From: Epithemia pelagica
Taxonomy: Eukaryota > Protista > Bacillariophyta
Assembly: GCA_946965045.2 (NCBI GenBank)
Contig: OX337238.1
Coordinates: 1,860,001-1,924,000, forward strand
DNA: 64,000 nucleotides
Direction of reading: 5' to 3'
A program made the translations under genes and the position numbers. The number at the start of each line of letters is the position of its first letter. The stretch's first letter is position 1. The notes beneath the pieces were generated by a model that was not told the origin of the DNA, did not search any database, and saw only the letters and a program-made list of their open reading frames with translations. Positions 46,425 to 57,125 of the stretch are shown piece after piece.

Positions 46425-49310
46425 TTAAACTTCGAATGACTTGGGAGCAGTCCCGGAGAAGAAATCCCTGGCTTGAATACCGTGCGCTGGGTCAGGATAA
46501 CATAGTTGGAGACACCCAATTATGCATTCCGGTAGTTCATCGTCTGATCGTCCCTCGATAACAAACCCAAATGAGACCAGCACTTTCTTGAAAAAGCTCT
46601 CCTTGAGGAAGCAGATCCCTTGACGAGCTAGATAGGGAAATGGGTGCAACGATATGTCAAATTCAAACACAGATAACTCCGGATGTTGGTGAATGAAGCC
46701 CGTCACTCCCGGTCGTTTGATCAGAAACGGCTTGCCGTTATACTTTGAAATCCAACTTGGCATGCCAATTTCTCTGAGGTTGTGCGCATTTGGGATACAT
46801 TTGAACCGCGAAAACCATGTTTGATCCGTCGGGGCACGGCGTACCCATTCTTCCAAGAGCCGAACTGCATTGACTTTGTTCTTCTGGATGTCACTACCAT
46901 AATCCTCTTTCGAGGGATCATACCCTTCAGCAGTCACGCGCCATAAGATATCTCGTGTCTCTTGCTTCATAGCCATGTACATCGTGATCGTGTAACCTCC
47001 TCCATCACTACTTGATCGTCCAAATTTTGGTGGATCTGTTGGAAGCGCGACTGTAATCACAAACATATCCGGTGCCCTCCATGTTTTGGGACCTTTGTTG
47101 GTGCCCTCGTCAAATGTCACAGTCGGCAACTTAACTCGAGTTGCCACATCAGGGTAGCGAGTACGCGCTTCGAAAATATCACACTGAATACATTCATAAA
47201 GCTCCCCTGGGGACGGGATTTTCTTCTTTGTCGTCAAGTATCCATGAGAACGTACCAACAAACCTTCTCCCGGGGGGCACCTCCACCCAGCGAACACTTC
47301 GTTTTTCTTGTTCACTGGTAAATCTGTTGGATTCTTCAATTTGACAGTGGTGGTTCCAGCGACTGGTTTGAATCCAACCTCGTTCTTAGATTTGTTGGTT
47401 GGCGTGCTCTCTGATCTACCGAGTATTTTATCTTTCGATCTAGAGCCAAAACCTTTCTTGCTCTCATCCGAATGAGACGCTCTGACAAATGAGACTAGAC
47501 TTCTCCAATCTGGTTCTTTTGCCAGGCAAGAGTACAATGACGCATTGCTTACAACAACAAGAATCCAGAAACCGTCCAATGACAATAGTGATGAGCGGGC
47601 AATTGCAATCGCAGTATTCAGTATGACTGCCAGCAACAAGAAATTCTCTTCAGGTATAACCCACTTTTGCCCAGATTCTTCGCGAGCCACGATTTGCGCC
47701 TTTTTGTGGTCCGCCTCAGTGGGTAGAATTGCCATAATATCTTCATCATCATGGTCCAATTCCAAATCGTCGTTATCTTCATATTCATCATCGTCGTCTC
47801 TGGGAGTTTGAGAGGAGATACTGTATGACTGAATTTGCCATAATCTAGTTCCCCCGCCGTTCTCTTGCGTTGGTAAGGGCTTGATGGGGGCTGTAATCGC
47901 ATTGGTCAACATGGTTAGTCCGTCGTTGTTGGTTGGATCCGCTCCTTCCAACGTATTGGCATTGTACATGTCCACACTGTTTTGGACCACGACATCGGTA
48001 AGAGCAGCTAACCACTCCATTTGCGTCCTATGATGATCAAAGCAGAATTTCCATTTCGTTTCACCTCGAACTTTAATACTGATGGCAAAAGGTGATGGCG
48101 CCCCTCCGTGTCCCAATGCGGCGTGAACACTGGCTTTTTCCTTTGCCAGATCCAGGAATCCACGAGGAGTGTTACAATCATCCTGATGATTTGAAAACGC
48201 ATTTTCAAACCAGTTCGCTTGCTTTGCTACAACGACACCTTCGCCCACATCTTCACCTCCGGTGTCCCGCTTCAAAGACGTACTTGTCACGTTTTCATCT
48301 GATCCGAGAGCAACTGTCGATTCAGAAAGACCAGCTTCTCCAACTTCTTCGTCATCCGGAGCGTCATCGGTTTCATCCTTTGCGTAGTAGAGAATGCGAC
48401 TACCTTGTAATTCAATACGACGTCGTTCCCAGCCACCCGAGGTTGCAAATTTTCCCATACCACCGCGACGCTTCCAAGCAATGCAAGTCAGTCGAATCGG
48501 CGCTTTGCTTATCGGGATCTGCTTGCCATGTGTGATGGCAGCCTGTATGTTCTGCAGTAAGTTTGCTGATGTCGATCTTCCTGTTGTACTACCCATGTTA
48601 CTGGAATCAAGGACTCCGGGAACTGCAGCAACGGTGGTTCTGCCAGTGGTATCTCCTCCTCTTGGACTTGGAGGAGGTGTGCGAGCCTTGTTGCTACGCA
48701 TCAAGCGGCGGCTATGGCCCATTCCCGCATGTCCCGAGCTATTGTTTGTTCGACTGTTGTTACTACCGTCCATCTCAGCGTTTATTCCGACTCCTCCTGC
48801 TCCTCCTCTCGACGATGAAACATCTTTTCCTTGATCACGGTGAAATGCAGCCTTGATCCGGTGACCATCTAGAAGGCGTCGACTCTTTTCACGATTGTGC
48901 TGCTCCGTCGTGTCTTCCATGTACTGATCACCTTGCAGAGGAGAATCACGATTCTGTTGATGACCAGTCACGGCTGCTCGAATCGCGGTCAACCGACTTC
49001 CATCAAACCGAAACGCCCGTCCCTTCTTGTTCAAATGGGAGGAACCCAATGAGCCTACAACATCCTCATTATTATTTTGCGATTCATCTTGCTGCTTGTT
49101 TTGCTGCAGTTGATGAATATCTTCCATTGTCATGTTTGGATTATTCTGAATGGCGAGGGCCAAATCCGTAGCCCGACGAAGCTCATCATCGTTTTCCGAG
49201 GGATGGCTAGAGTCTTTTCCAGCGCCCTGCGTCATTGCTTCAGAATCACTACCTGATTCCGGAGAAGGTAGAGGCGCTCCGCTCTCAGGTCCTGGATCTT
49301 CTTGTTTCAT
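46425..49310 (-). CDS. PH-domain + EDR2 C-terminal (DUF1336) protein, 961 aa
   Basis: PH: KRRGGMGK...WERRRIELQGSRILYY...MEWLAAL. DUF1336: VRSHGYLTTKKKIPS, KPFLIKRPG, FEFDISLH, GFVIEGRSDDELPECIIGC. Short TM pair between the two. Confidence 0.85.
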   Translation of the reverse strand: MKQEDPGPESGAPLPSPESGSDSEAMTQGAGKDSSHPSENDDELRRATDLALAIQNNPNMTMEDIHQLQQNKQQDESQNNNEDVVGSLGSSHLNKKGRAFRFDGSRLTAIRAAVTGHQQNRDSPLQGDQYMEDTTEQHNREKSRRLLDGHRIKAAFHRDQGKDVSSSRGGAGGVGINAEMDGSNNSRTNNSSGHAGMGHSRRLMRSNKARTPPPSPRGGDTTGRTTVAAVPGVLDSSNMGSTTGRSTSANLLQNIQAAITHGKQIPISKAPIRLTCIAWKRRGGMGKFATSGGWERRRIELQGSRILYYAKDETDDAPDDEEVGEAGLSESTVALGSDENVTSTSLKRDTGGEDVGEGVVVAKQANWFENAFSNHQDDCNTPRGFLDLAKEKASVHAALGHGGAPSPFAISIKVRGETKWKFCFDHHRTQMEWLAALTDVVVQNSVDMYNANTLEGADPTNNDGLTMLTNAITAPIKPLPTQENGGGTRLWQIQSYSISSQTPRDDDDEYEDNDDLELDHDDEDIMAILPTEADHKKAQIVAREESGQKWVIPEENFLLLAVILNTAIAIARSSLLSLDGFWILVVVSNASLYSCLAKEPDWRSLVSFVRASHSDESKKGFGSRSKDKILGRSESTPTNKSKNEVGFKPVAGTTTVKLKNPTDLPVNKKNEVFAGWRCPPGEGLLVRSHGYLTTKKKIPSPGELYECIQCDIFEARTRYPDVATRVKLPTVTFDEGTNKGPKTWRAPDMFVITVALPTDPPKFGRSSSDGGGYTITMYMAMKQETRDILWRVTAEGYDPSKEDYGSDIQKNKVNAVRLLEEWVRRAPTDQTWFSRFKCIPNAHNLREIGMPSWISKYNGKPFLIKRPGVTGFIHQHPELSVFEFDISLHPFPYLARQGICFLKESFFKKVLVSFGFVIEGRSDDELPECIIGCLQLCYPDPAHGIQARDFFSGTAPKSFEV

Positions 49311-49841
49311 GACAACCTACTGCCTGCGTATCTTCTATTAGATTCTTGTTTGTCAGTGCTCTTGTCGCTTTGCGCATTTCACAAGCCGCCTTTTTCGGCG
49401 AAATATACGCTCCAGCGGTTCTGGTGACTACTCGTTCGACTTATGATAAGGTTAGCTATCTAGCTCCAAATCTGACTATGTCTTGGCTACTCTAGCTAGG
49501 GGCGTAGGTAGGAAATACAACCAAGGTAGTATTTCCTCCAGTAGGCTCTCTAGGTGATGGCAGTAGACTAGGTTGTGGTATTGCTCATGCACTGACTCCT
49601 ATAGTGGTATCTGCCCACTGGCTTTCTTATACTAAGGTGGTATGCCATGCAACCAACTGTCGTACTCTTGGTTGGTTTTTTGAGGCCGTAAGCCGTAAAA
49701 GACACCTAGTTTGACGCACTTACTATGGGTAAATGCACAGTCAATACAACCTAACAACCCACCATCACAAATTTGAGAGAGCGACAAAAGAGCAACAATC
49801 ATCCCTGCTGTCTAACAATAAATTTCTACAAGACAAACAGG

Positions 49842-50517
49842 ATGCCTCGAACCAAGAATGACTACAAACCCTACCTTGTCGCAATGATGAGCCACCTGGA
49901 TGGATGGACCTACAGCTGAGGAACACAGTTCTCGCTCGAGGGAGCAGTTGTTGTGACTCAAACCAGGAGACATAGTGAGATGGATGAACTTCAAGACTTT
50001 TGGGGTTGATAATTCACCAATTGATGCCAGTCCAACACATGCATATTCATCGTCAATACTGTATTGGAAGAAAGCCAGCATTTCATGATTCATGCCATGC
50101 TGACTTCTGCTCTGGAATGAAGAATCTATGTCAGGCAACCCATCAAAGTCCCAAGAGATTCATGATCTCATTACCCATGTCAATAAGAAGGAAGCTTGCA
50201 AGCAAGGAGTTGAGTCGCAAGAGCACCATCCTTTGACTGAGGATGAGTACTGCCAGATGCAGATTCGCCTTTGTTAGTCAACAAGAGTTTGGCTACATTA
50301 CTTGGTAGGGTATACCAGCTTTTGTGAATTTTCTGAGCCATATGATAGTGCACACTGACTGCATGAGCCAGTGGAGAAAAGAGCTGCTTTGAGTCAGTCA
50401 CATGATATTTATCCTCAGTTTGCTGTCAAAGAACAATTCTCATGAGCCAAGAATGTGCAACAAGAGGGAGATCCACATGCTGGCAGACGGTTCATGACTC
50501 TCGAGATCCATTTGTAA
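49842..50517 (+). pseudogene. Crypton(S)-type tyrosine recombinase relic, 3'-truncated
   Basis: Across stops and shifts: MPRTKNDYKPYLVAMM...IVRWMNFKTFG...SSSILYWKKA..FMP...WNE..SGNPSKSQEIHDLI..VNKKE..KQG, and S*AKNV...WQTV..SRDPF. Family recalled from stramenopile Crypton-like proteins. Confidence 0.6.
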
Positions 50518-50980
50518 CTGTTCTTGGAAGTGCAGAAGTAATTGACGTGTTGTTCCGCACCATGATGTATCATCAAGACGTGAGTTGGACATGTATTGGG
50601 TTAAATGTAATACTTCTGGTTTGCAAGATTAGATTTGGTGTGCACTGAATACAACTTCTTCAATATGGCACGCGCATCTTCATCATTTTCATGTTTGCAT
50701 AGGCTCTACCTTGGTCAGTCTGGATGATATGGACAAGAACAGAGTAAAGAAATACTTGTTGCTCTTGAAATAGTTCTTCAGCATACTCATCATCTTTGGG
50801 TGGTGTATGTGCAGAATTCAGAACATTGGATAAGCCTCGTGCCTTAGCTGTAGTCTCGAAGCTGTAGTCTCGAATACACGCTAGAACGAATTGCAGTATC
50901 GTTCATACGCTGCAGTTCTTGCATCACGTTTAGTTCCCTTTCTGAACGCCATTAGGTCTTGTTGAGATTGGGATGCGGCT
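50518..50980 (-). pseudogene. Decayed CoDi gag fragment related to the gag of the nested element at 57126
   Basis: The minus strand reads AASQSQQDLMAFRKGTKRDA...GLSNVL...EELFQEQQVFLYSVLVHIIQTDQGRAY...RLDDT.W.GTTRQLLLHFQE, colinear with the protein encoded at ~57610-58065. Confidence 0.85.
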
Positions 50981-52110
50981 GAATGCAAATGGGCCAAAAG
51001 ATACTCATGATGTGTTTCCGAACAGGCCTGATGAATACAAAAAATGAGTTGTTGTCATGGATTCCTCCCAATGCCAACTCTGCCATGGATACCAAGTGCA
51101 CAGCATTCCCTCGTGGATTGCAAGAATGTATCAATACGGAGATTCTAGGAACTGGCAAACTTGCTTTTCCATTGGGAGATCGCTTTCGATGCAACCAATC
51201 ATGCTATTGGCATTGTGTCAATGAATAATGGCCAGGTACGAAAGATGATAGACAACATCAAGTTGCTTGTTGACAAGAGTGTCGCGGATGAAGAAGATAA
51301 CAAGCTTTGCAAGGGAGCACTACAAGAAGTCATTCGACATCCTCAAGATTCATGACAAGCTGTCAAACGATCAAATCTTCGAGTACCAACGAAACATGGA
51401 CTACTTCTACAGAGACTGGATCAGTCTCTACGGTGAAGATGGAAAAACAAATTATGCTCACTACATCGGTAGTGGGCATATCGGGAGAGTACCTACTACA
51501 TTGGAGGACACTCACAAACCACTCCCAACAAGGTTGGGAAGCATTAAATTCAGCCTTTAACAGTTTATACCATAACAGGACGCAGAGAGGGGGTGCTGTG
51601 AATAAGGGAAAAGGAGCTCGTTCCATAGCCAGGCCAATGGCATGATGGATCCAGAGGAGAATGGGGGTGTTCATGTTGGGACATGATCTATATTCCATGA
51701 GAGTGGAGATGGATGCCAAAACACCAGAGGAGATGGAAAAGTTCAAGACCTGGGTAGCTGACAACGGTGGAACAATCGAATGGGGCCAACATATTCGTCG
51801 AAGGACCCAAGTAACAACAGCCTTCAATCAATCCACCGAGAGTGCCACAGCCTTCAATCAATCCACTGACAATGCCACAGCCTCTAACCAATCCACTGAC
51901 AATGCCACAACGGTGAACCAATTCACTGACAATGCCACGACGGTGAACCAATCCACTGAGAAAGACAAAGCAGAACAGCAACTTCTTGATGAGGAAGAAG
52001 AAGAGGCCGACATCAGGGAATTCGAGTTTGATTGGGATGTTGGAATTGAGATAGTACTGTAGGATCCCAGCTTGGACGACACCTATGATTTGGACATTGA
52101 TTCTGAAGAT
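50981..52110 (+). pseudogene. C-terminal part of a RAG1/Transib-like DDE transposase (about 3 frameshifts, at least 1 stop)
   Basis: GKTNYAHYIGSGH (51441-51479) and SQQGWEALN (Glu at 51538) parallel RAG1 GKITNYFHKTLAH...SEGNESGN. Stitched from ORFs 50983, 51161, 51267, 51307 and 51661. Confidence 0.55.
51815..51964 (+). repeat. Coding minisatellite, 5 x 30 bp (10-aa unit ~ATAxNQSTDN)
   Basis: c(a/c)acagccttcaatcaatccac... units with progressive divergence, within ORF 51661-52062. Confidence 0.9.
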
Positions 52111-52166
52111 GATGAGAGTGTCTATGAACCAGATGGAGATGGAACAGAGTCAAATAATGTAGAGAA

Positions 52167-54226
52167 CTAATGAATTAGAATGATATTGTCTGGATATGGG
52201 ATTTTAAGGCTATTGGTAATCACATGTGGCTTGAACAATCCACTTTGTGTCAAAATGGAAGTCAAAGTCTTGGAGAATGGGTTCGACACCAGCTTTAAGC
52301 ATTTGCCGCCTAGTATGACGACGGAACCGATCCTATCCTTGTCACTAGAGTACAAAGTGCCAATGATCTTGTACACGTCGTTGGCGCTGTCTTCTTCAAA
52401 GAGGTCATGTTCTTCCATAGTGAAAACAGACTTGTTTTCATTATAGCGTAGAACATAACGCTTTCGGGTACACTTCGGAAAGGTGAATACAACTTCCCAT
52501 TCGGATCCTTCATCCCATTAACGATGGCCCTTCTTGATTTCAAAATCCGATTCAATGACGTGAACGGCCAATGAATCATTGAAGCTGGTGGGGGTGGTAC
52601 TTGGAGTACTCGCTGTTGGACAAGATTTGGCATCGTCTTGGTGGGGAGACTGTGGAGTCTGCACAGAGAATGGCCTGAAGTTGGTGTCATCAGGATTGTA
52701 TGGTTGCTAAGAGTAGTGATTTCATGTGGTTAGTAAATGGAGCAGTTCTCATTGTACCGGATCGAGAAACATTGTAGCAAAACCACTCAAGTGACGCTGA
52801 AAGATGAACTTGAAAGGATGAAAACACCATGTTGACACGTTGTTGAAGACAGTGTCGTTTGAACTTGGACTTCTCGTCACTTCCACGGATGGTGGTCAAG
52901 AAATGACCTCGCTAGAGGGTTACTCCGCAATCACCATCCTTGAGTGTAGGACGGCCTTCAGAGGATCTGTAAACAGCAGCCAGGCCTAAAAAATTGCGGA
53001 GAAGATCAATATCGTGTTAAGTTTCAAAACAAAGAATACCATTCTGAAAGGTCATCCGAATCTTGCGACGAGTAAGCTAATTGTCTGCGTCAAGGTAGCT
53101 ATCTGAACCATCAAAGAAATGGCAAGAGAGACAGTCCATGTGAGAATTTGCCATGACATACAAGTAGTTAAACATTTCCGTTGGTATTGCACCAATGGAA
53201 ATGTTCTGGGAGTCAAACTTTTCAGCAATATTTCCCCGTTTGTTGAGAAGCTTTACCAAAGCTTTCTGGAGAAGGAACAAACCATTCCACACATTTTTGT
53301 CGAATCAATGGGGGGTTGCTATAATTTTGTCTCCCAGTGATACATCGTCCATTGGAAAACAACCAATGTCCAATTCGTCAACTGGAACCAGTTGCTTGGA
53401 AATTGGGTCTCGCTTGTACCTGACAACACATACATTCTTGAGTCCTTCCAACCATGAGTTTGCTGGATCCGAGAGTTGACTTGTCGTAAAGGTGAAGGCG
53501 GGATATTGAATAAATATCTCTTCCATTTGAACTTCAAGACGCGAAAGGTATTTGGTGGAGCGGTAAAGTTCAATGTTCTGAGATCCAGTCTCTGACACCT
53601 GGGGAAGGTAGCTGTGTTGAGGAATAGAAGGGTGGCATTTGAAATTGTGCTTAGGGAACAGAGGGAAGAATTGTGTTAAGCAGACGTTACTGTCCGGTTG
53701 CTTGTTGATTTGACAGATGCTGGTCGTATCACGGTCTTGATCCGGAAGCTTCACATGTACAAAGATTCCCATACGGAACGTGTCCTTGAATACATCAACA
53801 TAGATAGGAGATCATTCGCTTTCGTACATGATCGTCAAGTGTGTCTGTTCCAAATCAAGTATTCCATCAAATAGTTTGGTTGGTGCATAAACGAGATGAA
53901 CGAGGGCAACTTGGAGAGAGATGGCATACATGCAAAATGAATCACCTTTGGCATGGAGAATGGTGGTATCCAACTCCATCGGAGGTCTGCTTCCGAGAGA
54001 TGGGTACCAGATCAGAAAAATGATGAGAATAACGACATTCCGTAGGAAAGGGGTTTAAGGAAATAAATGTCTTGTCATCACTCAATCGGTTTTGTTGTGG
54101 TTTAGGGGGAGTGGCCTGCTCGAAAAGTGATTTTTGGCCGCAGATCTGGATACAGAGGTGCTCGTCATGCTGATAAACCAAAGACCAAAATACGGTGCTC
54201 GAAAATATTGTGTCTATCTCATGCAT
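52167..54226 (-). pseudogene. Fragmented unidentified gene, interrupted at its 5' side by the Harbinger-type element
   Basis: Chain of protein-like minus-strand ORF pieces (53942-54226, 53305-53772, 53077-53292, 52167-52418). The frame continues across the reconstructed empty site into 63958-64000. Confidence 0.45.
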
Positions 54227-54444
54227 CGGGGTGGTAAAAAAAAATCGAGGCAAAAATCAAGATTTGAGTTTCGAGGTGGGGTCTTCTACGGGCCTCGAAT
54301 TCTTAACCTAGGATCTTTCACGGTGGTAAAAGATTGGTTTCGAGTTTCGAGTTTCGAGGTTCCACTAGGTTCACCTACCCCCTTTACTCATCTCATACAA
54401 CTGCCTCCAACATAACCAATAACCAAACAAATTTGACAAGAACA

Positions 54445-55803
54445 ATGCACTCTCGAACATCACATGAAAAGAGTATTGTACTATCCGCAGCTCTAATGGC
54501 TTCGGGTCTCTTGTTCAAAAGTCGCAGGCAAAGGATTATTGAAAGCCAACGCCTCTTGTCGTCGATCATTCCAAGGACCCGTCGCAGTGTGCACAGTATT
54601 ATCTATGAACTTGGGCCTCTTGCTAAGCGGTACTATCGGATGCCGGTTCCAGCATTCTGGCACCTCCATGATATTTTGCGTCCATTCATAGTGAAAATGG
54701 CAGCCCTACGCACATTATACGCGAATAAACGAAGACGGAGGAATAGAACAAGAAAATTCAAAAACCGTGGAACCCGTCCACCAGTTCACAATGGGCCAAT
54801 GGCAACCGATGCTCGTTTAAGCATTGCCCTTCGATACATGGCAGGAGGAAGTGTATTGGATATAGCATTGGTTCACGGAGTCAGCCCAACCGAGGTTTAC
54901 ACTTCGCTATGGATTGTGGTTGATGCAATTCATGAGTGCCCTGATTTGGAAATCTCCTTTCCTTCATCGCACCATGAACAAATTGAGATTGCCAAGAGAT
55001 TCAGGGACAAGAGTTATGCAGGCTTTGACTGTTGTGTTGGGGCTATTGACGGCATTCTAATTTGGATCGAACGTCCTTCTCCAAAGGAAAGCATGGCGGC
55101 ACGGGTGGGAGTCAAGAAATTCTATTGTGGTAGAAAGAAGAAGTTCGGATTTAACATGCAGGCAATGTGCGACAGTGAGGGGAAATTCCTCGACGTATGC
55201 ATTGCCCATCCAGGGTCCACTTCGGACTATCTTGCATTTGTGACAAGTCCACTATATTTCAAGGTGGAAGACGACTCCTTCTTAGCACCTGGTCTGGCGG
55301 TGTTTGGGGATAATGCGTATGTTGCGAATAGGTACATGGTCACCCCTTTCAAAAATGTTACAAGTGGTGCAAAAGATGCATTCAACTACTATCAGTCACA
55401 ATTGCGCATCAACATTGAATGCGCATTTGGAAAGCTGGTTCACAGATTTGGCATTCTTCGCAAAGCCCTTCCCCGAGCCATTCCGCTGAGACGGGTAACT
55501 TCTTTGGTCCTTTGTACGTGCAAATTGCACAATTACTGCATTGCAAACAAGGATGGTGATGTCCCTCAAGTTACAGCGGATGACAATCTGTCTATCATGT
55601 CAGTAGGTGGTGTTGCATTGGAAGGAGAGCACGGCCGACCATCTGCATTACTGGATGACTGTGATAATTATGGGGATGACATGAATCGCCATTATAGGAG
55701 GACTCGTCAACGTAATGACAATGACAATACTCCCCAGAAACAACTGTTGCAGTCAGTAACAGATCAAGACTTGACGAGACCTATTCCAATTCAGTGGAAA
55801 TAA
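54445..55803 (+). CDS. Harbinger-type DDE transposase (DDE_Tnp_4/HARBI1-like), 452 aa
   Basis: LSIALRYMAGG (HTH), CVGAIDG, FNMQAMCD...PGSTSD, VFGDNAY, RINIECAFGKLVHRFGIL. Intact ORF. Confidence 0.93.
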   Translation: MHSRTSHEKSIVLSAALMASGLLFKSRRQRIIESQRLLSSIIPRTRRSVHSIIYELGPLAKRYYRMPVPAFWHLHDILRPFIVKMAALRTLYANKRRRRNRTRKFKNRGTRPPVHNGPMATDARLSIALRYMAGGSVLDIALVHGVSPTEVYTSLWIVVDAIHECPDLEISFPSSHHEQIEIAKRFRDKSYAGFDCCVGAIDGILIWIERPSPKESMAARVGVKKFYCGRKKKFGFNMQAMCDSEGKFLDVCIAHPGSTSDYLAFVTSPLYFKVEDDSFLAPGLAVFGDNAYVANRYMVTPFKNVTSGAKDAFNYYQSQLRINIECAFGKLVHRFGILRKALPRAIPLRRVTSLVLCTCKLHNYCIANKDGDVPQVTADDNLSIMSVGGVALEGEHGRPSALLDDCDNYGDDMNRHYRRTRQRNDNDNTPQKQLLQSVTDQDLTRPIPIQWK

Positions 55804-55840
55804 TTTTGGTCATATGTATTCACAATCAATATCTAGTGTT

Positions 55841-56549
55841 TGGCAGAATTCTCACCAACAACTAGGTTGTGGTGGAATCTACAACTCATCGACTGATGCT
55901 AGTATTTTATGGCATCCGATGACATTTTTGTAAAAGTGAGAAAAGAATGACGGCATGCTCGCAGACCTTTTAATTTCGGCCAAGGCATGCTCGCAATGCA
56001 CGCGTTATGAGCGACCGATCGGATATTAATTATGGCCCAACACGTGCGCGCCCATTATTCTCAAGCGCGCGCAATCAATATCCGAGTACGCACCTCCACG
56101 ACTTAGCCCAACGGCCTAAGTAACCGAAGCACGAATCACGATCACGCGAGACCATATCTCTATTCCCACAAATCAAAGAATGCAAACAGCAACGCGCCAA
56201 GGAAACTACCTATATCATGACAAAGCAAGAGCTGTTGGCATTGGTATATGATATACAAGTGCATATACTTCCAATACACAATATCCATGTCTACTCCAAC
56301 CATACCAGTCCTGTCAGCGCCATGAATATATCAGTCATGCACCCTGACCAGACCTGCACACCCACACACACACCGTAGTCCTAAAGCTCACAATCATTAA
56401 CATTACCATATCATCACGTCTTCAGTGTCCTGACTATCCCTACGATAGAACCCTTGGGTTTCCTTTGTTCTCTGACCCGTGGAGAACCTTGGTATCAGTT
56501 GGTAATCGATTGTGGCTCTTCTAGAGCGTGTATTGATGAATCTCTACTA
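55841..56549 (+). repeat. 5' LTR (709 bp, TG...TA)
   Basis: tggcagaattctcacc...gatgaatctctacta; no difference from the 3' LTR detected by eye. Confidence 0.95.
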
Positions 56550-56564
56550 GATTAACAGTCTCAC
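56550..56564 (+). promoter_or_regulatory. Putative primer-binding site complementary to a tRNA-Asn(GUU) anticodon arm
   Basis: gattaacagtctcac abuts the LTR. Its reverse complement GTGAGA-CT-GTT-AA-TC has the form of an anticodon stem 5' side, loop and first two 3' stem bases. Confidence 0.5.
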
Positions 56565-57125
56565 TGCTTATTTCCCTGCAGTTGCAATTGAAACATTACT
56601 TACCCATCAACACCCGTTACAGATTGAGCTACCACAACAAACAAGAGTTAGAGGACAAAGCTACTCAACCCATCAACAGGGCCAGCCTGGCTAAGGCTAG
56701 GGTCACTAACCCTCTCCTATTCCAGGACCTCAAGCTGCACCAGGACTCCGTACAACTACCTTCCCAATACTCATCCAACCAGTGAACCACTTTTGTTGAG
56801 GACTACTACGAGTACGACGAAGAAGCCGCCTTCTGTTACTGAATCTCCGGATCAACTCGATCACCGCAACGAGTCTGGAAGTGACCAAGAATAAGTAACT
56901 TTAAGTAGTTTTCACACCAAACCGGAGACAAAACCAAGTTCCGCACATCCGGGTTACCTTTTGGACATCACAACACACATCCGGGTACTTCATACGTGGC
57001 ACACACGTGGCACATCCGGATTCACAAGGCACAACACACATCCGGGTTACAAGGTTTAACTAAAGTTTTCGACTAAGACATCACAGGACACATATCAACA
57101 TATCTTATCACCAAGTCAAGCAATC

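Noticed and set aside
51815-51964. CRISPR-like array
   Set aside because: Contiguous coding minisatellite without unique spacers, in a eukaryotic context with no cas genes. The same applies to 30613-30995.
52167-54226. Calling the convergent decayed ORF a RAG2 homolog
   Set aside because: No kelch repeats or PHD finger visible; only the orientation is suggestive.
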